A stretch of DNA of 64,000 nucleotides from an uncultured Candidatus Saccharibacteria bacterium (lineage in GTDB: Bacteria > Patescibacteriota > Minisyncoccia > Phycocordibacterales > PALSA-1337). Below, piece after piece: positions 27,696-37,289 of this stretch. The notes below the pieces were generated by a model. The model made no database searches and was not told the DNA's origin. It saw only the letters and a program-made list of their open reading frames with translations. Numbering within the stretch: the stretch's first letter is position 1; each line of letters opens with the position of its first letter. Location of the stretch: assembly GCA_964416985.1 (NCBI GenBank), contig CAYQFS010000003.1, forward strand, positions 18,594 through 82,593, read 5' to 3'. The translations under genes and the position numbers were made by a program.

Positions 27696-30008
27696 ATGTT
27701 TGCACATAGACTCGCTGCCTTTGACCTTGATGGAACTCTTTCAGAGAGTAAATCTCCCATGACTATGGAGATGGGCGAGCTCGTCTATAAACTTTCTCAA
27801 ATTACAAAAGTGGCTATCATCTCTGGGGGAAGTTTCGCTCAGTACGAAGAACAGTTTTTGCCGTTCATCAAGCCATCAGCAAATATTATCCTTCTTCCAA
27901 CTGATGGAAGTCAGAGGTTTGAGTACGATGAAAAAAAGAAGCAATGGATACGTGTCGACAAGGAAATTTTTCCTGAAGCACTGAAGGCTGAGGTAATGAA
28001 GGTTTTGACTCAGATTATTTCTTCACGACGTTTTGACATTCCCCAAAATCCCGTGGGGAATTATCTTGAGGATCGTGAAACAGAGATCAATTTCTCGGCC
28101 CTTGGTCAGAGAGCCTCTATAGATGCAAAAAAAATCTGGGATCCTCATCAGGAAAAAAGAATGAAGATAAAGGAGGAGATAGAAAAAAGAGTAAAGGGAA
28201 TTACCGCAAGTGTGGCTGGCACAACATCGATCGACATTCTTCCTTCTGGTTTTGACAAGGCTTTTGGACTCTGCCTTTACTTGAAAAAGATGGGAATGGA
28301 GAAAAAAGATCTTATTTTTATTGGTGACGCTATTTTCCCTGGTGGGAATGACTACTCAGTCTTTGAGGCAGGAATTGAATCAATCAAAACTGACGGGCCT
28401 TCTCATACTGCCGCACTACTTCGCTCCTGGCTTTCAGGGGGAGAGGGAACTTCGATTTTTCCAAAAAATCCAGTGGCTTTCTTTTGCACCGAGTACGCCC
28501 TCGAAGACAATCATCACATGTACGCAGGAGGACTGGGAATTCTTGCGGCTGACTATCTTCTCGAGGTCGCTGACAAAAAGATTCCATTTATCGCTCTTGG
28601 GCTCAATTATGATCCAGAAAAAATAAAGGATTTTGCAATTTATCATCACGAAGGACAGCCACTCATTGTCTCGGTGCCGATTAGCGATCACATTCTTCAT
28701 GCACAGGTGTGGCATCGGATTCTTTCCGAAAATGTGCATATTTTTCTTCTTGATACCAATATTGAAAAAAATAATGAAGAGCGAAGAAAGATAACATCTC
28801 TTCTGTATGATCCTCATTTCTATACTCGCGTTCAGCAGCAGATTCTTCTCGGAATTGGGGGGATGCAGATACTCAAAAAACTTGGCATCAATCCCTCCAT
28901 CTATCATCTGAATGAAGGACATACGGCTTTTGGTGGTGTGGCTGTAATGGTAGAAAAGAAAGAAGACACGTCAAAAATTGTAGCCACGAAGCACACTATT
29001 CTTTCTGAGGCTGGGCTTCATATTCCTCGAAAAGATTTTTCTGTTCTTCTCGGAGTATATTGCAAAGAATTTGGCGTTGATCCGGCTGACGTGTTTGAAA
29101 AAGGAAAGTACGAGCTTGATCCCGATATTTTTTCAACTACAAAGTTCGTTATGAACATTTCAAACAGGAAAAACAGTGTGAGTACTCTCCATGCAGTTTT
29201 TGAAAAGAGACGACATCCTCATAGTCTTCTCATTCCAATTACCAATGGTGTCTATGAAAAAAGATGGCAGGCGAAAGAACTCCTTGCTCGCGACAGAGAT
29301 ATTTCTGACAGGGATCTTTGGAAGATAAAAAGAAAATTGAGGTCCAATCTTTTTAACTATCTCGAGGAAAATCATGGGAAAGAATTGAATCCTGATATCT
29401 GTACTGTTGTGTGGGCACGAAGGTTCGCTGCCTACAAAAGGCCATTTCTCCTCTTTTCTGATTACGAGAGAATTATAAAACTTCTCTCAAACCAGGAGCA
29501 CCCTGTTCAGTTCATCATTTCAGGAAAAGCTCATGATGCCGACGAAGAAGGTAAGGAAATTGTAAGAAAAATAACCGCTCTCTCTGAAGATCCAGCAACT
29601 CATGGAAGAGTTGTCTATATTCCACATTATTCTCTCGATGTTGCCCGTGAGCTCGTTCGTGGTGCCGATATTTGGCTCAATACCCCTGAACGAGGAAAAG
29701 AAGCCTGCGGTACAAGCGGCATGAAGGCGGCCCTTAATGGTTCATTGCAGTGTAGTATTTCTGATGGCTGGGTTGATGAGGTTAATTGGGGAGGGCGGGG
29801 ATGGATTCTTCCCGAAGAAAATACGGCCCACGTTCTCTACGACCTTCTCGAGCACGAAATTCTTCCGGATTTCTATGGAGTTTCGGATGGAGGAGTCCCA
29901 CATCAATGGATAAATAAGATGCGCTCGACAATTGAGCTCGTCGAAAAGACGTATACGACTTCTCATATGCTTGATCGCTATATGAAAAACCTCTATTTTC
30001 TGGTATAA
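27696..30008 (+). CDS. Fusion protein: N-terminal eukaryotic-type phosphomannomutase (PMM, HAD-IIB) domain + C-terminal alpha-glucan (glycogen/maltodextrin) phosphorylase domain
   Basis: N-term: FDLDGTLSE...KVAIISGGSFAQYEEQ...FGDAIFPGGNDYSVFE parallels eukaryotic PMM (DVDGTL, VGGSD, FGDKTMPGGNDHEIF). C-term: GGLGILAADYL and the PLP-lysine motif GTSGMKAALNG of GT35 phosphorylases. Confidence 0.75.
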   Translation: MFAHRLAAFDLDGTLSESKSPMTMEMGELVYKLSQITKVAIISGGSFAQYEEQFLPFIKPSANIILLPTDGSQRFEYDEKKKQWIRVDKEIFPEALKAEVMKVLTQIISSRRFDIPQNPVGNYLEDRETEINFSALGQRASIDAKKIWDPHQEKRMKIKEEIEKRVKGITASVAGTTSIDILPSGFDKAFGLCLYLKKMGMEKKDLIFIGDAIFPGGNDYSVFEAGIESIKTDGPSHTAALLRSWLSGGEGTSIFPKNPVAFFCTEYALEDNHHMYAGGLGILAADYLLEVADKKIPFIALGLNYDPEKIKDFAIYHHEGQPLIVSVPISDHILHAQVWHRILSENVHIFLLDTNIEKNNEERRKITSLLYDPHFYTRVQQQILLGIGGMQILKKLGINPSIYHLNEGHTAFGGVAVMVEKKEDTSKIVATKHTILSEAGLHIPRKDFSVLLGVYCKEFGVDPADVFEKGKYELDPDIFSTTKFVMNISNRKNSVSTLHAVFEKRRHPHSLLIPITNGVYEKRWQAKELLARDRDISDRDLWKIKRKLRSNLFNYLEENHGKELNPDICTVVWARRFAAYKRPFLLFSDYERIIKLLSNQEHPVQFIISGKAHDADEEGKEIVRKITALSEDPATHGRVVYIPHYSLDVARELVRGADIWLNTPERGKEACGTSGMKAALNGSLQCSISDGWVDEVNWGGRGWILPEENTAHVLYDLLEHEILPDFYGVSDGGVPHQWINKMRSTIELVEKTYTTSHMLDRYMKNLYFLV

Positions 30009-30012
30009 TCTT

Positions 30013-31530
30013 ATGTACATGCCAATTTTCCGCCTCAAGAAAAGTCTCAAAATCCTCTTCGTTGGCGCAGAAGCCGCTCCTTTTGCAAAAGTGGGGGGTG
30101 TAGGCTCCGTAATGTACTCTTTGCCAAAAGCTCTTGCCGAGCTCGGCCACGATGCTCGTGTGATGATTCCGCGGTATCTTTCGATCGAAGATAGCAAATT
30201 TTCCCTCACCATGGAGCACAAAGAGCTCAGAGTCCCAACAGGGAATGAAGAGGGACCGGAATTTCTCATTTGTAATGTAAAGAAATGCGATCCTGGAATC
30301 TCTGGTGGAGCAGTCACAACCTACTTTCTCGAAAACCAGGAATACTATGAACAAAGAGCAAACGTTCACGGTTATGCCGATGATTCGACTCGGTGGGCAC
30401 TTCTTTGTCGTGGAGTTCTCGAATTTATCAGCAAGTCATCTTCGTGGGTTCCAGATGTTGTTGTTTCTCTCGACTGGCAGGCAGGCCTTCTTCCTGATTA
30501 CATAAAGACTGTGTACAAGTCGGACCCGATTCTTTCAAAAATCTCTACAGTTTTTTCAATCCATAACCTGTATTTCCAGGGAATGTTCGATCATCATTTT
30601 GTTTCTGAAATGGATTTTGATGATGGCCACTCTCCGATTCCCGGTTTTAACAACCCTCGTCTCGCAAAAATAAATTCAATGCGAAGGGGAATCATGCACG
30701 CTGATATCGTAAATACCGTTTCTCCAAATTATGCCAAAGAAATTATGACAAAAGAATACGGAGAACTTCTCGATGAACTTCTTCGCGAGAGAAAGGCAGT
30801 ACTTTCAGGAATATTAAATGGTATCGACTACTCTGTGTGGGATCCAAAAAACAATAGCCATGTTGCATTTCCTTATAATGAAAAAAGTCTTTCGGAACGG
30901 GCCAAAAATAAAAAGGCTCTCCAGGAACGTTTTGGACTTCCGGCTAAAGAAGACGTTTTTCTTGTTTCTATAGTCGGACGTCTCGCAAAACAAAAAGGTC
31001 TTGATCTTCTCACAAACACGATCGAAGTTCTTCTCCAAGAATTACCCCTACAGCTCGTAGTCGTGGGGGAGGGTGATTCTGAGTTTATGAGTCTTTTTCA
31101 TGATCTTGAAACAAAGTATCCAAAACAGGTTGCGACTCATCTAAAATACGATTCAGTTCTTCCTCATATGGCTTTTGCTGGAGCTGATGTAGTGCTTGTC
31201 CCATCTCGTTTTGAACCATGTGGTCTTGTTCAAATGGAAGCGATGCGAATGGGATGTATTCCGATTGTCCGGAAGACAGGAGGTCTTGCAGACAGTGTTG
31301 AGGATTATAATCCTGACAAACAGACAGGAACTGGCTTTGTTTTTGAAAAATTCGATTCATCTTCTCTTATGATTGCTCTCATTAGAGCTTTCGAAGATTT
31401 TCGTGACAAGAAAAAGTGGCAGGGGCTTCAGAAGCGTGCCATGACTGAGGATTTCTCTTGGATACATTCAGCAAAAAAATACTCCGAACTTTTTGCTCGA
31501 GCTATCCAGATTCATGGCAAGAAAAACTAA
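30013..31530 (+). CDS. glgA: Glycogen (starch) synthase, GT5 family
   Basis: KILFVGAEAAPFAKVGGVGSV (KxGGL motif), a central GT-B fold, and C-terminal E....PSRFEPCGL. Confidence 0.9.
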   Translation: MYMPIFRLKKSLKILFVGAEAAPFAKVGGVGSVMYSLPKALAELGHDARVMIPRYLSIEDSKFSLTMEHKELRVPTGNEEGPEFLICNVKKCDPGISGGAVTTYFLENQEYYEQRANVHGYADDSTRWALLCRGVLEFISKSSSWVPDVVVSLDWQAGLLPDYIKTVYKSDPILSKISTVFSIHNLYFQGMFDHHFVSEMDFDDGHSPIPGFNNPRLAKINSMRRGIMHADIVNTVSPNYAKEIMTKEYGELLDELLRERKAVLSGILNGIDYSVWDPKNNSHVAFPYNEKSLSERAKNKKALQERFGLPAKEDVFLVSIVGRLAKQKGLDLLTNTIEVLLQELPLQLVVVGEGDSEFMSLFHDLETKYPKQVATHLKYDSVLPHMAFAGADVVLVPSRFEPCGLVQMEAMRMGCIPIVRKTGGLADSVEDYNPDKQTGTGFVFEKFDSSSLMIALIRAFEDFRDKKKWQGLQKRAMTEDFSWIHSAKKYSELFARAIQIHGKKN

Positions 31531-31554
31531 TTTTTCCTACAGCTATATACCACT

Positions 31555-32955
31555 ATGAAATGGGCAAATTTTTTGCATATTTATCAACCTCCAACACAGA
31601 AACCAATCTGGGTGAGGCGCATTGCTGATGAATCCTACAGAAAAGTTTTTTCAGGTCTCAAAAATATTCCCCGAGCCCGCATTACATTAAATATGAATAG
31701 TGTCCTCTGTGACCTTCTCGCGGAAAACGGGGCTCAGGATGTAATCGACAACATACGGTTTCTGCTTGAAAGGGGGAATATCGAGCTTACCGGAAGTGCA
31801 AAATACCACGCTTTTCTTCCGCTCTTACCGGAGTCAGAAATTGAGCGCCAAATAAAGCTCAATGAAGAAGGACTAACAAAATATTTTGGAACTAGCTGGA
31901 AGAAAGGAGGCTTTTTCTCTCCCGAAATGGCATATTCAAAAAAGGTGGCGCAGGTCGCACAAAGACTCGGTTATAAATGGATCATTATTGATGAGCTCGC
32001 ATTTCCTAAGGGAAAAACTCTTTCTCGCGACGTGGTATATGAAATAGAGGGCATTAAGGATTTTTATGTATTTTTTAGAGAAAGAAATTTTTCTTTTAAA
32101 ATTCTTTCAGCTTCACAGCTTTCAACTCTACCAGCTATTCTTCGTTTTCTCGAACCCCGTTTCGGAAAAAATGAATACACAGTAACGGGGATGGATGGAG
32201 AAACGTTTGGTCATCACAGGCCAGGACTTGAAAAGCTTCTCTTCGATCTTCTCTCACATCAAAACATTGATCCGATTTCTCTTGGCGATGTCCTCAATCT
32301 TGGCTTAAAAAAGGAAAGTATCGAGCCGTGTTCCTCGACATGGGCTTCAATGCCGAACGATCTTGACAACCATGAGCCATTTTTGAGGTGGAATAATCCG
32401 AACAATGAAATTCAGCAGTATCAATGGAAATTGACAAATCTTGCCATTCAGATTGTCGGCCGTGATCAGGGTCAAACGTCACGTCTTATTCTCGATCACT
32501 CTCTTCACTCAGATCAGTACTGGTGGTCATCGGCACGGCCGTGGTGGAGTCTTGAAATGATTGAACGGGGAGCTTTTGACCTTAAAAATGTGGTTGATAC
32601 TTCAGAAAAAGCTACTGAAGCTGAAAAAGCTGAAGCGGCAGATCTTTATAAAAGGATTCTTTTTACCGGTTTTGAGTGGCAGAGAACAGGGAAGGTTGAT
32701 GAGATTTCGCGCACTGAAAATGAAGAAATTCGTGAGCGTCTCGAAGAAAAGGAAAAACTTTTCATTACACGAGAGGAATTTCAAGACATGATAAACAATC
32801 TTGCTGAACAAATGAAATCAGCCGCAGATTCACAGGAGTATCACCGTGCTTCGATGATAAAAGACCGCATGCGTGAGCTCGAAGAAGAGATGGAAAGGAA
32901 TGACAGAGGGGAGAGCAAAAATCAGCACAAACCAGGAGGGGATTTGATGTTTTAA
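31555..32955 (+). CDS. Glycoside hydrolase family 57 enzyme (alpha-glucan branching/amylase type) with C-terminal charged coiled-coil tail
   Basis: GH57 signatures: HIYQPP near the N-terminus, and catalytic MDGETFGHH. Confidence 0.75.
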   Translation: MKWANFLHIYQPPTQKPIWVRRIADESYRKVFSGLKNIPRARITLNMNSVLCDLLAENGAQDVIDNIRFLLERGNIELTGSAKYHAFLPLLPESEIERQIKLNEEGLTKYFGTSWKKGGFFSPEMAYSKKVAQVAQRLGYKWIIIDELAFPKGKTLSRDVVYEIEGIKDFYVFFRERNFSFKILSASQLSTLPAILRFLEPRFGKNEYTVTGMDGETFGHHRPGLEKLLFDLLSHQNIDPISLGDVLNLGLKKESIEPCSSTWASMPNDLDNHEPFLRWNNPNNEIQQYQWKLTNLAIQIVGRDQGQTSRLILDHSLHSDQYWWSSARPWWSLEMIERGAFDLKNVVDTSEKATEAEKAEAADLYKRILFTGFEWQRTGKVDEISRTENEEIRERLEEKEKLFITREEFQDMINNLAEQMKSAADSQEYHRASMIKDRMRELEEEMERNDRGESKNQHKPGGDLMF

Positions 32956-33521
32956 TTTTTGAACACCGGTGCGTCCTCGATCGAAGCCTCAGGAACTTTT
33001 TTATACAAAGGATTTTTGACGAGTGAAGGCACACCGTTTTTTTCTATGACATAATATGCAGCACCACGGAATTTTTTGAATTGACTATAGTCTGCATGGC
33101 CGGGAAGGGAAACAGGGTTCTTTTCTTCAAAATTGACCGGACTGTCGTCTGATGTGACAAACCAGACCTTCCCAGTATTGATAGCAAGGTGACCTGTCTC
33201 TTTTGGAATATGAACTTTGTCTCCAGCCTTTACTCTGAATGCTCGGAACGTTTCGACTTCGCCATCAACTATTTTTCCTTGAAGGATGACAATTCCTTCA
33301 CCTTGGAGAACTGTGTAGACTTCTTCGAGGTCTCCGACATGGTAATGGCCATAAGTCTTTATGTATTCGCCTCCGATAGTGCCACTTTCCCATACGGTGA
33401 TATTGGTCCGGGGAGTGCCTCCACGAATCATATAATAATGAATCTCGGGCCCCGCCGTTCCGGGACTCATGAGAACATCCTGCATTTCTTTGTGACTGCG
33501 TGTGGCAAATGGTTGTAACAT
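32952..33521 (-). CDS. Cupin-type glucose-6-phosphate isomerase (archaeal-type PGI)
   Basis: TYGHYH..DLEEVY and HIPKETGHLAIN correspond to the metal-binding T.GH.H...E.Y and H motifs of Pyrococcus cupin PGI. Start at the internal Met (MLQPFATRS). Confidence 0.75.
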   Translation of the reverse strand: MLQPFATRSHKEMQDVLMSPGTAGPEIHYYMIRGGTPRTNITVWESGTIGGEYIKTYGHYHVGDLEEVYTVLQGEGIVILQGKIVDGEVETFRAFRVKAGDKVHIPKETGHLAINTGKVWFVTSDDSPVNFEEKNPVSLPGHADYSQFKKFRGAAYYVIEKNGVPSLVKNPLYKKVPEASIEDAPVFKN

Positions 33522-33562
33522 CCCTACATAGTAACAGATTGTTGAGGTATAATAAATACAAC

Positions 33563-34162
33563 ATGTCCAAGGCAAAAGGCTCTCGAAAAAGTGGAATCAG
33601 AAGACTGAGTAGGATGCGCGGCGCTGCTCTTGCGGGGGATCTTTTCATTATTGCAATTGGAATTTTCATTGCCTACATTCTCGTGAGACTTGGAGCTGTC
33701 GATTTTTTTGTAAATGCCGTCCATGGTTACCACGCGGTAGCAAGTTTTATCGCTGGTATTTTCTTTACCTCAGCTTTCACTCTCGCTCCCGCATCAATTG
33801 CTTTGAGTCGTATTGCCGAGACGGCACCTATCTCGAGTGTTGCTCTCTGGGGAGCTCTCGGAGCGCTTGTCGGAGACATGATTCTTTTCTTCTTTGTTAA
33901 GGATAAATTTTATGATGATCTCATCAAGGCTATAAAACCCTCTGTCCGGCATCATATTTTCCGGTCGTTTCACCTCGGTTTCCTGAAATGGCTCTCACCA
34001 GTTATCGGGGCTCTCATCATCGCTTCACCTTTACCTGATGAACTCGGCATCGCCCTTCTTGGTGCATCAAAAGTGAAGCTCTCGGTTCTCGTTCCAATAG
34101 CATTTGTGATGAATATGATCGGAATCTGCCTTCTTTTGGGTCTTGTGCATATTTTCTTTTGA
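33563..34162 (+). CDS. Hypothetical polytopic membrane protein
   Basis: 5-6 TM helices. Start choice (33563 vs 33614) is uncertain. Confidence 0.4.
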   Translation: MSKAKGSRKSGIRRLSRMRGAALAGDLFIIAIGIFIAYILVRLGAVDFFVNAVHGYHAVASFIAGIFFTSAFTLAPASIALSRIAETAPISSVALWGALGALVGDMILFFFVKDKFYDDLIKAIKPSVRHHIFRSFHLGFLKWLSPVIGALIIASPLPDELGIALLGASKVKLSVLVPIAFVMNMIGICLLLGLVHIFF

Positions 34163-34171
34163 TAGAGTATA

Positions 34172-34840
34172 ATGGCTTCCATGACATCAAAACGAATCAT
34201 TACCTGGGCGAGTTTTATAATCATTATCGGACTCATCATTTGGGGTCTTATTGCAGCTCAGATCAAGAACAATAGGGAACAGGAGCTTGCTGCATTGCCA
34301 GGAGAAGTGGTCGCTACGGACCATATAAAGGGAAGCGAAGGCGTTCCAGTGACTGTCGTTGAGTATGGTGACTTTCAGTGCCCAGCTTGTGCACAGTATT
34401 ATCCTATAGTTGAACAAGTCTTTTCCGAACTCGGAACAAGCACAGCTCGTCTCGTATTTCGTCATTTTCCTCTTCAACAGCATGCAAATGCTATTCCAGC
34501 TGCTCATGCTTCAGAAGCAGCTTCAAATCAGGGTAAATTCTGGGAAATGTACTCAATGCTCTATGAAAAGCAGGAAGAGTGGCAAGGACTCACTGATCCA
34601 AAAGAAACATTTGTTTCGTATGCAAAACTGCTCGGACTCGATACTGTCAAATTTGCGTCTGACATGGAGCTTCCTGAAACTGCAGAGAGAGTTTTGACTG
34701 ACTATCGTGGAGGAGTAAGTGCAAAAGTCGGTGGAACCCCTACATTCTTTGTAAATGGAAAGCAGATCGTTACACCTCAAAGCTATGAACAATTTAAAGA
34801 ACTTCTTCAAAAAACCGCTTCAGAAGGAACACATTCCTAA
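34172..34840 (+). CDS. DsbA-family thiol:disulfide oxidoreductase (thioredoxin fold, CPAC active site)
   Basis: N-terminal TM, VVEYGDFQCPACAQYYP, and a cis-Pro region (GGTPTFFVNG). Confidence 0.8.
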   Translation: MASMTSKRIITWASFIIIIGLIIWGLIAAQIKNNREQELAALPGEVVATDHIKGSEGVPVTVVEYGDFQCPACAQYYPIVEQVFSELGTSTARLVFRHFPLQQHANAIPAAHASEAASNQGKFWEMYSMLYEKQEEWQGLTDPKETFVSYAKLLGLDTVKFASDMELPETAERVLTDYRGGVSAKVGGTPTFFVNGKQIVTPQSYEQFKELLQKTASEGTHS

Positions 34841-35285
34841 GTGGATCGTCATAAAGCTTCTCGTTATTGCCCTCCTGGGCTTTGCTGATGCGACATATCT
34901 TGTGATTGAGCACTATCTAAATGCCATTCCTCCCTGTGCGATTGGTAGCTGTGAGCTTGTCCTCACGAGCGCATATTCGAGAGTTTTTGGTCTGCCCGTC
35001 TCTCTTCCAGGAGCCTTGTACTACCTAGCTCTCCTTGTTCTCTTCACTATGTACCTCGATACAAAGAGGGAAAAAGTTTTGAGAGTCGCGCTTCTCTTGA
35101 GCCCTCTTGGATTTCTCGTTTCCCTCTATTTCTTCGTCATTCAGGCTTTTGTTCTCCACGCTTTCTGCCAGTATTGCATTGGCTCGGCCATTACCTCAAC
35201 CCTCATCTTCATCATTTCTCTCTACACCCTCATTACATATCGAAAAGAAGCTCAAAAAGAAAATATGACCTGCCCAATTTCATGA
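34785..35285 (+). CDS. Vitamin K epoxide reductase (VKOR)-family membrane protein, likely DsbA reoxidant
   Basis: Loop cysteine pair CAIGSC and TM CxxC (CQYC). Overlaps the DsbA 3' end in another frame, so the start is uncertain. Confidence 0.65.
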   Translation: MNNLKNFFKKPLQKEHIPKWIVIKLLVIALLGFADATYLVIEHYLNAIPPCAIGSCELVLTSAYSRVFGLPVSLPGALYYLALLVLFTMYLDTKREKVLRVALLLSPLGFLVSLYFFVIQAFVLHAFCQYCIGSAITSTLIFIISLYTLITYRKEAQKENMTCPIS

Positions 35286-36166
35286 TCATAAGTACAATTC
35301 TCATTTTAAAACCAACAAAAGACTACGAACTTCTCGACTCAGGAGAAGGTGAAAAACTCGAACGCTTTGGGAAAGTTATTCTCTCGCGTCCTGATCCACA
35401 AGCTCTTTGGAGGAAATACCTCCCACTTGCTGAATGGAAAAAAGCTGATGCTACGTTTTCACGAGAGGCACGGGAGGGAAGTTGGAATATCAAAAAAGAC
35501 ACCCCAGAAAAATGGACAATCGAATTTGGTGATCTCAAATTTTTAATTAAACCGACAGCTTTCAAACACACGGGACTTTTTCCTGAGCAGGTTTTGAACT
35601 GGGACTGGACTCGAGAAATTATTTCAAAAGCAGTTCTCAAAGGGGAGACACCCGAAGTTCTCAATCTTTTTGGATACACGGGAGGAGCTACTCTCGCATG
35701 CGCACAAGCCGGAGCAAAAGTCGTTCATGTCGACAGCTCAAAGTCCGCAGTCGCCTGGGCGCGTGAAAATGCTGAGCTCTCAGGTCTTTCTGAAAAACCT
35801 GTAAGATGGATTCTCGATGACACCAGAGTTTTTGTCGAAAGGGAAATAAAAAGAGGAAGAAAGTACGACGCCATCATTATGGATCCTCCGGCCTTTGGCC
35901 ACGGTCCTTCAAAAGAGCTCTGGAAAATTGAGGATCATTTTCTTCCTCTTGTCGAAGATTGCTTGAAGCTCCTCTCTGACAAGCCTCTTTTCTTTATCAT
36001 AAATGGATACTCTGCAGGGTATTCTGCTGTCGCGTATGAGAATAACCTAAAGACTCTTGTCGAGAAGTTTGGTGGCAAAATGGAAATAGGCGAACTCACT
36101 GTCGAAGAATCAGCAGGCAAGCGACTGCTTCCTTGTGGAATATTTGCAAGGTGGCAGAGAAACTAG
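35282..36166 (+). CDS. Class I SAM-dependent RNA methyltransferase (RlmI/YwbD-like)
   Basis: LNLFGYTGGATLACAQAGA (motif I) and DPPAFG (motif IV). Start at the ATG that overlaps the VKOR stop by 4 nt. Confidence 0.65.
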   Translation: MIISTILILKPTKDYELLDSGEGEKLERFGKVILSRPDPQALWRKYLPLAEWKKADATFSREAREGSWNIKKDTPEKWTIEFGDLKFLIKPTAFKHTGLFPEQVLNWDWTREIISKAVLKGETPEVLNLFGYTGGATLACAQAGAKVVHVDSSKSAVAWARENAELSGLSEKPVRWILDDTRVFVEREIKRGRKYDAIIMDPPAFGHGPSKELWKIEDHFLPLVEDCLKLLSDKPLFFIINGYSAGYSAVAYENNLKTLVEKFGGKMEIGELTVEESAGKRLLPCGIFARWQRN

Positions 36167-36900
36167 AAGTCGCAGAATGATACTGTATATGAGCGAGTCG
36201 AATCGGTATCTTGTACTACCAAGGCATCTTTCGTAGTGTCGACACCGCTAAAGTCGTCCCAGATTCCGAAACCGCTACTAGTATTTATGTATGTGTAAGT
36301 CGTATTGCCATTTATTCCACTATCATTATTTTCTTTCCATGCTCCCGATGAAGCATTTTGTATATAAAACGAGTCAAATTTTATATTACTTGCTGCTGCT
36401 GAACTATCGTAAGAAAAAGCTTTCCAAGAGCATCCCCCAGCATCTGTACAAATGTTTTGACTACCCTTCAGGAGACTCAATGTCATGGTTCCTGTCCAGG
36501 CCACATTGTTTGTTCCTTGCCCCGTATCTACAGAGTTACAAGAATTCGCCTCCCCTCCACCACCGCTACTCGGTGTCGTCCACGTCGCGTTTCCATTTGC
36601 GTCTGAAGTCAAAATTTTATTTGCACCAGCTCCGCTCAAAATCTGCACTCCTCCATTAAAAATAGCTTTTCCAAAGACTGAAAGTCCGACTGTGAAAGGA
36701 GTGTTGGCATCGGTGTTAATGAAGAGTTGCCCAAGCTTTGACTGGCTTGTTGCACCAACATTCACTGGAGCATCCACATTGCTTCCTGGAGGCGCACCGG
36801 CTGGTGTAGTCCAGGCTGCCTGTAGGGAAGAAACCCCAAGGACAACACCGAGACCGAGGACTATTGCTACTGCGTATTTTGTTATTGATTGTTTGTTCAT
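36163..36900 (-). CDS. Secreted Gly/Ser/Thr/Asn-rich protein with signal peptide (possible surface/adhesin-like)
   Basis: Signal peptide MNKQSITKYAVAIVLGLGVVLGVSSLQA; low-complexity G/S/T/N-rich mature region with conserved Cys pairs. Confidence 0.45.
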   Translation of the reverse strand: MNKQSITKYAVAIVLGLGVVLGVSSLQAAWTTPAGAPPGSNVDAPVNVGATSQSKLGQLFINTDANTPFTVGLSVFGKAIFNGGVQILSGAGANKILTSDANGNATWTTPSSGGGGEANSCNSVDTGQGTNNVAWTGTMTLSLLKGSQNICTDAGGCSWKAFSYDSSAAASNIKFDSFYIQNASSGAWKENNDSGINGNTTYTYINTSSGFGIWDDFSGVDTTKDALVVQDTDSTRSYTVSFCDF

Positions 36901-36909
36901 GTTATTTTT

Positions 36910-37221
36910 TTAAATTCCTTGGGTTCTTTTAATTTGTGATAATTTCTCGTCCTTTTCTTTTTGTGTCAGCTTGACTTGTGATGTGTCCGATCCCTCGAGT
37001 ATCTTCTGTTTGGCCACCGATTCTTGCGGAGTTAGAGTGACTCTCCGATGGATTTCGGGGATCTGTTGTTCGACGATGATGGATTCAGGAGTTGCTTTGT
37101 ACATGTAGATCACGTACGCAAGAAAAACGAGAACTATCATCACGAAAATCGAGAGGATGACGATGAAGTGAGAATGTTTTTGTTCTTGAGGGAAATCAGG
37201 GAATGTACTAACCATACACAC
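36910..37221 (-). CDS. Small single-TM protein
   Basis: ORF with TM FIVILSIFVMIVLVFLAYVIYM. Sits immediately upstream of the secreted protein. Confidence 0.3.
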   Translation of the reverse strand: MCMVSTFPDFPQEQKHSHFIVILSIFVMIVLVFLAYVIYMYKATPESIIVEQQIPEIHRRVTLTPQESVAKQKILEGSDTSQVKLTQKEKDEKLSQIKRTQGI

Positions 37222-37289
37222 ATTATAGTATCGAATGGGGGTTGAGGCAATTTAAAATATGTGAATATCTTCTCCTCTGTGCTAGTATG

